Below, in pieces: positions 17,730 to 25,389 of a stretch of 32,000 nt of DNA. The notes under the pieces were generated by a model, which was given only the letters and a program-made list of their open reading frames with translations, did no database searches and was not told where the DNA came from. The stretch is from positions 2,730,001 through 2,762,000 of the forward strand of contig NZ_CP064923.1 of the NCBI RefSeq assembly GCF_018336915.1, written 5' to 3'. The translations under genes were made by a program, and so were the position numbers. The stretch is from Acaryochloris marina S15. Its GTDB lineage: Bacteria; Cyanobacteriota; Cyanobacteriia; Thermosynechococcales; Thermosynechococcaceae. Position 1 is the stretch's first letter; every line of letters begins with the position of its first letter.

Positions 17730-17846
17730 TCCTAAACTAGATCCAGCAAGCAGATTGAAGCGGTAGGGTACCCATTGCTTTCGGATTAAGTGATGGATGT
17801 AATTGGGTTCCCTTGCCTTTGACTAAGTTAGGAGTAAAACGTACAG

Positions 17847-18914
17847 ATGGCTGGATCTACCCAAGATGTCCCACGTCTTTTGCGGGCTGCCCGTGGGGAA
17901 GTATTGGATCGTCCCCCCGTATGGATGATGCGACAGGCGGGTCGATATATGAAGGCCTACCGAGACCTGCGAGAAAAGTATCCTTCTTTTCGGGAACGCT
18001 CTGAGATTCCTGAGGTGGCGATCGAGATCTCCCTACAGCCTTGGCGCTCCTTTCAGCCGGATGGGGTAATTCTCTTTTCTGATATTGTTACGCCATTGCC
18101 TGGAATCGGCATCAAAATGGATGTTGCTGAAGGTAAGGGACCGATCATCGAAGATCCGATCCGGACCATGGAACAGGTGAATCATCTCCATGCTTTGGAA
18201 CCGGATGAGTCATTACCGTTTATTCGCCAAATTTTAACTGCCCTGCGGCAAGAAGTGGGTAATCAATCGACGGTTCTAGGATTTGTGGGTGCGCCTTGGA
18301 CTTTAGCGGCCTATGCGATAGAAGGTAAAGGCTCCAAGCATTACTCCATTATTAAGGGAATGGCTTTTGATGATCCGGCCATTCTTCATGCGTTTTTGGA
18401 GAAGATCTCGGATGCGATCGCAACTTATATGTGCCACCAAATTGATTGTGGTGCACAGGTTGTTCAAATGTTTGATTCTTGGGCCGGTCAGCTGAGTCCC
18501 ATTGACTTTGAAACCTTTGCTCTTCCCTACCAACAGCGGGTTTTTCGTCAGGTGAAAGAAACTCACCCGGATACCCCCTTAATTCTCTTGGCTAGCGGTA
18601 GTGCTGGCTTGCTAGAGCGGATGGCTCAGGCTGGTGCAGATATCATCAGTGTGGATTGGACCGTAGATATGGCGGATGCCCGTAAGCGCTTAGGGCCAAA
18701 CCTGCATGTGCAGGGGAATATGGATCCGGGCGTGCTATTTGGGTCTCAGGATTTCATTCGCGATCGCATTTTAGATACGATTCGCAAAGCTGGCAAAAAA
18801 GGCCACATCATGAACCTCGGTCATGGCATTCTACCAACTACACCAGAAGAAAATGCTGCCTTTTTCTTTGAAACGGTTAAGCAAGCTGATCAGTTGTTAG
18901 CTGTTCCTGCTTAG
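17847..18914 (+). CDS. hemE: Uroporphyrinogen decarboxylase
   Basis: Hallmark N-terminus [29 protein letters not shown]. Typical length of 355 aa. C-terminal [13 protein letters not shown] lies about 13 nt upstream of the ATG. Confidence 0.95.
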   Translation: MAGSTQDVPRLLRAARGEVLDRPPVWMMRQAGRYMKAYRDLREKYPSFRERSEIPEVAIEISLQPWRSFQPDGVILFSDIVTPLPGIGIKMDVAEGKGPIIEDPIRTMEQVNHLHALEPDESLPFIRQILTALRQEVGNQSTVLGFVGAPWTLAAYAIEGKGSKHYSIIKGMAFDDPAILHAFLEKISDAIATYMCHQIDCGAQVVQMFDSWAGQLSPIDFETFALPYQQRVFRQVKETHPDTPLILLASGSAGLLERMAQAGADIISVDWTVDMADARKRLGPNLHVQGNMDPGVLFGSQDFIRDRILDTIRKAGKKGHIMNLGHGILPTTPEENAAFFFETVKQADQLLAVPA

Positions 18915-18969
18915 AACCTTAAAATCTTAGAAAAAGCTCGATTTCGGGCTGATACTAACCATCTACTAC

Positions 18970-19005
18970 CAGAGAGCAAGATTTTTTCTTGCTCTCTGAT
19001 TTTTT
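18970..19005 (+). terminator. Rho-independent terminator of hemE
   Basis: Perfect 11-bp stem CAGAGAGCAAG (18970-18980) / CTTGCTCTCTG (18988-18998), 7-nt loop, then ATTTTTT (18999-19005). It lies 56 nt after the hemE stop. Confidence 0.8.
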
Positions 19006-19423
19006 AGTCATAGCCAGACTTACCCAACCATGCCTATGGCTACCAGACAAACAATCGTTGAAGAATTGAGAGGAACCTATACGGCTTATATCCTGGCCAA
19101 AAGCACACCTTAAATGCTGGAAGCGAATCATTCATCTTCGAAATTCTAGAGGACTTAAATGAGTAAAGTACTCTCCAAATATTGAGTAAGTTTCAATACA
19201 ATGAAAGTAAATTCTGTGGATGCTGATGGGCTCTCTTGAAGCCTAGAGGTCTTAGATTAGGATGCAAGTTTGTACTCCTGTCCTGACTTAAAGACTGAGA
19301 TCTGAAATAATCTCTCGATAAGTTAGGGCCGAATATAAATTGCTAGCATTCTTTTCCTATACCCTCCAGACTAAGAACAGTCTTTCATCCAAACCCTCAG
19401 TGCCATCTGGATAAACTACGGCC

Positions 19424-20650
19424 ATGAGCGATATTGAAAATCTGAGAATTCACTTTTATGGTGTGCAAGGAAGTGGCTCAATCTACCCTTCTTTTCAAGA
19501 ACGAAGGGCTTATCAAGCCCTGACGGATCAAGATTTACTCAAGCAGGTATTTGAAGATCTACAAAAACGGGCTGGGCCAGATGGTCGTTTAAATACGACC
19601 GTAGAAGAACTACTGGGTGGCCCCCTCAATAAAGCAACTCTTGCAGCCTATCGAAACCGTTTGGAATTTTCTCAAGCACGCATTTATGGAGGTTGGACGA
19701 CCTGTATCCGGATAGAAACTGCAGATAAATACGATATCGTTTTGGACTGCGGCACTGGATTTCGGATTTGTGCCAAGGATATTATGCAGAAGTGGGAAAC
19801 AGAGGAGAAAGAACAATCTTTGCTCTCCACAGACCATCCCTCAGGAATTAACCGTCACCTCTATATATTTGGAAGCCACTCTCACTTTGACCATACTGAA
19901 GGATTTGACCAGGCCGCCGTTTGCTTTGACCCTCGTAACCATATTCATGTATATGCCAATCGCCAATATCTCCAAGCGCTCGATCAAATATTAGGCATCT
20001 TTTCTCACCAGGTGGATTATCGGCTCAAAGGGGTACAAACGCCCCTAAGTTATGAATTGATGCCTGCGCAGTTTCATTCTTGGGAGATTCGAGATTTTCA
20101 GGTTGATCCACCTGCGGATACCCCAGACAAATTCGTCGACCAATATCAAGACCTAGGTCATCCCATTCATCTGGGTGAGACGATTCTACAGCCCTTCGAA
20201 GTGTTTCACCCCAGCCCTTGCTTAGCCTATCGAGTTGAACGGGGCGGCAAAGTCTTTATTTTTTGTACTGATCATGAGCTCCGCCGAGGTCAAGAGTCCG
20301 ATCATCCATTACAAATCGCTAGCTTAGAGGCTGAAGAACGATTATGCCAACACAGCATGGATGCTGATATTTTGTATCGGGATGGTCAATTTTTAAGAGT
20401 TGAGTATGACGGAGACCTAGGTGTTGGCTCTCCCCATGGTGTTTCACGATTAGATTGGGGGCATAGCTGCATTGAAGATGTATTGGATATGGCCACACGA
20501 TGTCGGGTCAAACAGACCTATATTGGCCATCATGATCCAAACCGTGACTGGTCGGAGCGCAATTGGCTCGATGAAACATTACAACGAAAAAGTAAACAGA
20601 CAGGGCTAAATTTTGAGCTGGCTAGGGCAGAAACCATCATTGATCTCTAG
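19424..20650 (+). CDS. Metallo-beta-lactamase (MBL)-fold hydrolase, atypical long form
   Basis: 408 aa. HxHxDH motif as GSHSHFDH. Upstream LDCGTG strand. Downstream His/Asp ligand candidates (FHPSPCLAY, FCTDHE, IGHHDP). About 150 aa precede the metal motif, which is longer than in minimal MBL hydrolases. Confidence 0.8.
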   Translation: MSDIENLRIHFYGVQGSGSIYPSFQERRAYQALTDQDLLKQVFEDLQKRAGPDGRLNTTVEELLGGPLNKATLAAYRNRLEFSQARIYGGWTTCIRIETADKYDIVLDCGTGFRICAKDIMQKWETEEKEQSLLSTDHPSGINRHLYIFGSHSHFDHTEGFDQAAVCFDPRNHIHVYANRQYLQALDQILGIFSHQVDYRLKGVQTPLSYELMPAQFHSWEIRDFQVDPPADTPDKFVDQYQDLGHPIHLGETILQPFEVFHPSPCLAYRVERGGKVFIFCTDHELRRGQESDHPLQIASLEAEERLCQHSMDADILYRDGQFLRVEYDGDLGVGSPHGVSRLDWGHSCIEDVLDMATRCRVKQTYIGHHDPNRDWSERNWLDETLQRKSKQTGLNFELARAETIIDL

Positions 20651-20657
20651 GCATCTT

Positions 20658-21140
20658 TTACAATGCTCGCGCCAATTCTAGAAAGGCATCTTCAACTTGG
20701 TCTCCAGTTTTAGCACTACTTTCAAACACACGTCTTCCTTGACCCAAGTGATAAACCACCTCATCTCGGCTAACCTCCCAAGTTAAGTCAGACTTATTGA
20801 TGATGGGTACATAGGGAACCTGGCCTAAATTTTCTTCAACCATTTTTACAAGTTCCAGAGCACATTCGAGGGAAGCTTTTCGTGTCCCATCGATCACAAT
20901 TAAATATCCTGATGCTCCATGTAAATAATGAAGAGGGACAGAAAACTGATCTTCTGCTCCTGCAATATCCCATAGCAAAAGTGTGACTTGTTCTTCGCCC
21001 AGTAAGATTACTTTTTTATCTACCTTAACTCCAAGGGTTGAGTGGTATCTATCATCATAAATACTATTGACAAAACGTTGGACCAAGCTAGTCTTACCAA
21101 CGCCCCACATTCCCAACATTACGACTTTATGCTTAATCAT
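20658..21140 (-). CDS. Ras-superfamily small GTPase (prokaryotic Ras/Rab-like)
   Basis: 160 aa. G1 GMWGVGKT, switch I HSTLGV, G3 WDIAG, G4 NKSD, G5 SAK, all in the canonical order and spacing. Confidence 0.85.
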   Translation of the reverse strand: MIKHKVVMLGMWGVGKTSLVQRFVNSIYDDRYHSTLGVKVDKKVILLGEEQVTLLLWDIAGAEDQFSVPLHYLHGASGYLIVIDGTRKASLECALELVKMVEENLGQVPYVPIINKSDLTWEVSRDEVVYHLGQGRRVFESSAKTGDQVEDAFLELARAL

Positions 21141-21646
21141 TTCGGTCTAGACTACTGCACTCAGATCATAGTTTTACTATATCGTCATTGAGGCAGCATA
21201 CCATTACTCGATTCGGCTAGAAAGCATCTAATTAAAATGCTAAAAGCGAGCTGACAGTAATCCAGTACATTACTATAAATATTTCTATTAGGTGAAGATT
21301 CTAAAAATAATTAAAATCTACAAATCAATACTATTTAGATGCCAAATTTTAGTCTTAATACTATATCTACCAAAAACAAATAGCCCTGCATCATCTAAGG
21401 CCATGCTATAGAGGCAAATTTAGACAATAAAGATACTTTGAAAACAAAAAAATAAAACTATATGATAGTGACGGATACTCTATATCCCTTCAGGTGTATA
21501 CCTGGCAGGTTTGCGATCGTTCACGAAAGAAGCCATGAAATGGAAAATTTTTACCTAATCATTTGCAAATTTTTCCAAAACGAGTTAGATAGCTATAAGG
21601 GGGAAATAGGTCCAAAATTCTGATTTGAATGGACCTAAAAAACTGA

Positions 21647-22411
21647 ATGAATAAGGTAACGATTGAGACATTACTAGACGACTTTGTTTCTGCCTCTACT
21701 GAGATTCAAGGCGCGGTAATGGTTTCTCCGCAAGGACAGCTCCTGACCCAGCCCATTGGTCTTTCTGAAACTTCAACCAGCATTATGGCGGGTTCAATGT
21801 TGCAGTTAGCAGGGTGTGTGAGTGAGCAATGCCACTGGAATGCGGTCGATTGGGTAACGATTCAAGCTCTCGAAGGTTATTTAATCCTTACCCAGTGCCT
21901 TCAGGACATTTTTTTACTCATTCGATCCCAGGATGTTCCTTCTGGCTATTTACTACATTACATTCATCATTATTTGGATCGGTTAAGAACATCCTTAAGA
22001 GCACCTGACCACGATGCAACGGTTGTACAACTGAGCTATCGGCCTACAGAGTTGATTAATCAGTCTTCGATTGGCACTCTCGTGCCGCCCATGGAAAATG
22101 GGGCAGCTGCTCCCGGCCCAACCAACCCTGCCAGCATCCCTTATGCCACCTCAAATGGGGTGCAAAATAACCCTTTTATTTCACCTATTTCATCGGCACC
22201 CACGCTTCCTATTCATTTAGATGAATTTGAAATTGCCTATTGTCGACAGCAGTTAGCTGAAATCATTGGTCCCATTGCATCCTTGATTTGCGATCGCACC
22301 CTCACCAAAAACCCTAATTTGCGGCTGATGGATTTCGTGAATGCCTTGGCTCAACAGATTCCAGATCCCAAAAAATCTTTGGACTTTCAAAAACGAATAT
22401 TATCCGAGTAG
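21647..22411 (+). CDS. Roadblock/LC7 (MglB-like) domain protein with Pro-rich linker and C-terminal helical module
   Basis: The first ~105 aa fit the Roadblock/LC7 pattern (IQGAVMVSPQGQLL, SIMAGSMLQLA, IQALEGYLILTQC, IFLLIRS). Then comes a low-complexity linker (PPMENGAAAPGPTNPASIPY) and a ~60-aa C-terminal segment (YCRQQLAEIIGPIASLICDRTL). The domain call is by pattern recognition, not HMM. Confidence 0.7.
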   Translation: MNKVTIETLLDDFVSASTEIQGAVMVSPQGQLLTQPIGLSETSTSIMAGSMLQLAGCVSEQCHWNAVDWVTIQALEGYLILTQCLQDIFLLIRSQDVPSGYLLHYIHHYLDRLRTSLRAPDHDATVVQLSYRPTELINQSSIGTLVPPMENGAAAPGPTNPASIPYATSNGVQNNPFISPISSAPTLPIHLDEFEIAYCRQQLAEIIGPIASLICDRTLTKNPNLRLMDFVNALAQQIPDPKKSLDFQKRILSE

Positions 22412-22509
22412 TGATAATCGAATTCTATAAATGTCTTGACCTAAGTCACAGCAGCACATTAGACGGCTAGGCTAATGTGGCAATACAGGTGACTTTAGGG
22501 AATTGAGCG

Positions 22510-23331
22510 ATGAATAAGCCGAGCAAGGCTTGGGTCAGTGGGATCTTAGGGCTAGTAACTGTTCTCAATGCCAGTCACGGGGTTGCCAATCCTGTTTTGC
22601 CCCAACAAGGCGATGCAATTCCCTTTACGGTCAATGAACGGGTCGAAACAGATGGCCGCTGTGCCCAATTACCCAAAACACCCTGTACCCAGATCAAGGT
22701 AAGCTATCCCCGGTTTGAAGCTAAATCTTCATCGGTTGCCATAGATGCGATTAATAGGAATATTAAACAGTTCTTGCTGCGGTCAGCCTCACCAGAAAAT
22801 GCCCCAAAAAGCATTGAGGTAGCAATGGCTAAGTTCCTTCGGGACTACGAAAAGGCAAGTCGGGAGTATCCTCACCAGGGAGTTTGGGCAGACGAGAAGA
22901 CGGTAGAAATACTACAAAATCGGCCCAAGTTATTGAGTCTTCAGTATTCTCATTACTGGTATACCGGTGGAGCCCATCCCAATTCTAGTCGGACCTATTG
23001 GAACTATGATCCGAGCACAGGAAAGCAAATTCAGCTGTCAGATTTATTGGTGGAAGGATATGCTCCAAAGCTGAATAGGATCGCAGAAAAGCATTTTCGA
23101 AAAGTCAGGGAACTAGATGCCAACACAAGTTTGAGTCAAGTTGGATTTTGGTTTGAAAACGGCCAGTTTAAGGTGAATACCAATTTTGCCCTGGGGAGCA
23201 AGGGCTTGATCTTCTTTTTTAACACTTATGAAATTAGCCCCTATGTGATGGGTCCAACTGAGATTCTCATTCCCTATGAAGAACTGAAAGGTCTGCTCAA
23301 AGATGAGGCCTCTTTCCTTCAAGACGCATGA
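22510..23331 (+). CDS. Secreted DUF3298/DUF4163-type (RsiV/PdaC-like) domain protein
   Basis: Signal peptide WVSGILGLVTVLNASHG. Central motif YWYTGGAHPNSSRTYWNYD...G..I.LSDL is typical of DUF3298. 273 aa. Confidence 0.75.
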   Translation: MNKPSKAWVSGILGLVTVLNASHGVANPVLPQQGDAIPFTVNERVETDGRCAQLPKTPCTQIKVSYPRFEAKSSSVAIDAINRNIKQFLLRSASPENAPKSIEVAMAKFLRDYEKASREYPHQGVWADEKTVEILQNRPKLLSLQYSHYWYTGGAHPNSSRTYWNYDPSTGKQIQLSDLLVEGYAPKLNRIAEKHFRKVRELDANTSLSQVGFWFENGQFKVNTNFALGSKGLIFFFNTYEISPYVMGPTEILIPYEELKGLLKDEASFLQDA

Positions 23332-23333
23332 CT

Positions 23334-24344
23334 TTAAGCTCGTTCCGAGGGCTTGAGGTTGCGGGCATAGTCCAGCATCCAGTTCGTTAAGCGATCGCAG
23401 ATGGGTTTTCCCGTTAAAGTTTGCAAGCGAGCAAAGCCACCAATGTTGCCAGCATTGATTTCGCTGATTTTCCAGATGCCGTCATTGTCTAGCAAAAAGT
23501 CGTATCCCAGGGTATGAAGGTTGCGATCGCAATATGCTCCCACGGTTCCGGCAATCGCTTCTTGTTCTTCGGGCGTAACCTCAGCTAGGGCACAGTCGCC
23601 ATCCACGCTGACGTTATTGACCCAGTAGCCCGTCCGCGATTGCCGTAAATAGGCCCCATAAATTTCACCATTTACAACCACCACCCGCTTATCACCCGCC
23701 GTGACATTCTCTAAATACCGCACGAGCTGTAGAGGCTCAGGGACGTTACCCATTAAATATCCCATCACTCGTTCAAAGGTGGAAAAATCGCGAGTTCCTG
23801 TCAAGGAATTATCCACCCAAAATTGGCCCGCTTCTCGCCAAATTTTGAAAACACCTCTCCCCCCACAGCTATTGGACCGTTTCGCCACAATTGTTTGATG
23901 CTGTTCCAGGAAACGGTAAGCCTCCTCGAACCCGCTTGTAATCAAGGTATCAGGAATATATGGCCCAGCAATTTTAGCTAGAAAGTCAGGCTGCATTTGC
24001 TCCTGCTTACTCACCGGGTCATTCACAAACCGCACTTGCTGGGACCACTGACCCAAAATATCGAGATAACCAGGAGGGAATGGCTTTAGTCGACGGCAGA
24101 ATACTAAATCAAATTCAGATAGTGCATAGCGAGCGCGAGGCAATGTATCTAACTGTAAAAACTGATCATAAGTGAGGAACTGAGGCACCACCGCTGCCTG
24201 AACTTGATGCGGATCATTCACCCATTCTGCAGGGGCATGAAACAGTTCAATCTGATCATGCTGGGCAAAATATTGGTATGTCGTCGGTACATCCTGCAAG
24301 GGGGATGTATAGAGGGATGGATCGCAGATACAAAGAAGTTTCAT
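23334..24344 (-). CDS. ATP-grasp ligase, glutathione-synthetase (GshB)-like
   Basis: Layout is collinear with prokaryotic GshB: MKLLCICDP start, VAKRSNSCGGRGVF (Gly-rich ATP loop), AGDKRVVVVNGE (compare GDKRVLVVDGE in E. coli GshB), and EINAGNIGG near the C-terminus. ATG 24344 is chosen because the longer start at 24431 would overlap the upstream gene by 65 nt and adds only low-complexity residues. Confidence 0.8.
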   Translation of the reverse strand: MKLLCICDPSLYTSPLQDVPTTYQYFAQHDQIELFHAPAEWVNDPHQVQAAVVPQFLTYDQFLQLDTLPRARYALSEFDLVFCRRLKPFPPGYLDILGQWSQQVRFVNDPVSKQEQMQPDFLAKIAGPYIPDTLITSGFEEAYRFLEQHQTIVAKRSNSCGGRGVFKIWREAGQFWVDNSLTGTRDFSTFERVMGYLMGNVPEPLQLVRYLENVTAGDKRVVVVNGEIYGAYLRQSRTGYWVNNVSVDGDCALAEVTPEEQEAIAGTVGAYCDRNLHTLGYDFLLDNDGIWKISEINAGNIGGFARLQTLTGKPICDRLTNWMLDYARNLKPSERA

Positions 24345-24366
24345 AGTCGGGGTTTTTCTTATAGGG

Positions 24367-25389
24367 TTAGGCTGCAGATAAACTGTTTTCTCCACCTTCG
24401 GGGAGTCCTTTGGGCTGTTTTTTTCTGACATTAGAAATTAGAACCCCTGCCATGATGATCAAGAAGGCGATGCCTTGGGCTTGGGAAGGACGTTCTCCAT
24501 TGAGGACAAAGGCATAGCCTATGCCAAAAACGGGGGAGAGAATGGTCCACCGGGCTACCGTTTGAGAATCAAGCTGTTTGAGAGCGGCAAACCAGGCAAA
24601 TTGAGAAATCACAATGACGAACAGGGAATAAATCAACATGATCAGCCATAGCTGCCCCGAAAAGATGTCGATGAAGTGATGGGGGCCAAATAACTTGATT
24701 GCGATCGCAAAGAATACTACCGCCGCAAATGCATTCCGGGTAAAAACCACTACTCGCAGACTTGAAGAATTAGACAACAATATCTTGCTGACTAAAGCAG
24801 AGAGGGCATAAATAAATGAAGAAGCAATGATCAGTAGATCGCCATGGGAGAACTGAAACTGGTTTTGTTGAAGCGCTAGAGCAATAACACCACTCCCAAT
24901 CAGGGAAAATCCCATCCATTCTGCCTTGGTAATCTTTTGTCGAAAAAAAAGTGCTCCTGCCAAGGCATAAATCACGGGTCCAAGTCGGCCCAATAGCACC
25001 GTGTTGGTAACACTCGTATCCATCAATGCCAGAAAAATCAACGCAGACAAGACCACTGCCAAACAGCCATTAATCACTAGCCCCAGGCGAACCCGATGGT
25101 GCAGTCGCTGCCAATCTTGCCAAATTGATTTCCAACCAAATCGAGAGAGCACCACCAGTGCAGCACAAAGATTGCCTAAAAACAGCACGTTACAGAAGGA
25201 AATGGGATGCATAACATCCCCAGCTAAATCGGGGGCATTAAGGAGTAGGAATGCAATCAAGGGTGTCCCCAGGGATCGCAACGCCCGAGACAACACCAAC
25301 AAGAATTTGGGATTGAACATAGAGTTCGATGTTGGCAATTTATTGAGTTGAACGGATACATCAGAGCTAGAACTAGCCCAGTAAGCCAT
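24367..25389 (-). CDS. EamA/DMT-superfamily transporter (10-TM drug/metabolite exporter type)
   Basis: About ten hydrophobic helices arranged as two EamA-like halves. 317-340 aa. The start is uncertain: 25389 overlaps the upstream stop by 17 nt, and ATG 25320 leaves a 52-nt gap. Confidence 0.8.
   Translation of the reverse strand: MAYWASSSSDVSVQLNKLPTSNSMFNPKFLLVLSRALRSLGTPLIAFLLLNAPDLAGDVMHPISFCNVLFLGNLCAALVVLSRFGWKSIWQDWQRLHHRVRLGLVINGCLAVVLSALIFLALMDTSVTNTVLLGRLGPVIYALAGALFFRQKITKAEWMGFSLIGSGVIALALQQNQFQFSHGDLLIIASSFIYALSALVSKILLSNSSSLRVVVFTRNAFAAVVFFAIAIKLFGPHHFIDIFSGQLWLIMLIYSLFVIVISQFAWFAALKQLDSQTVARWTILSPVFGIGYAFVLNGERPSQAQGIAFLIIMAGVLISNVRKKQPKGLPEGGENSLSAA

Noticed and set aside
19030-19113. 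27-codon ORF (MPMATRQTIVEELRGTYTAYILAKSTP) just after the hemE terminator
   Set aside because: No ribosome-binding site and no recognisable family. ORFs of this length arise by chance. It is worth a look only if ribosome profiling or conservation supports it.
17813-19994. ORFs 17813..18004, 18303..18566, 19610..19837 and 19770..19994 overlapping hemE and the MBL hydrolase gene
   Set aside because: Alternative-frame or antisense shadows of genes with strong homology signatures.
21608-21636. 7-bp stem (AGGTCCA / TGGACCT) with a 15-nt loop, 10 nt upstream of the Roadblock gene start
   Set aside because: The stem is short and the loop large. It does not cover the start codon or an obvious Shine-Dalgarno sequence and cannot be distinguished from chance.
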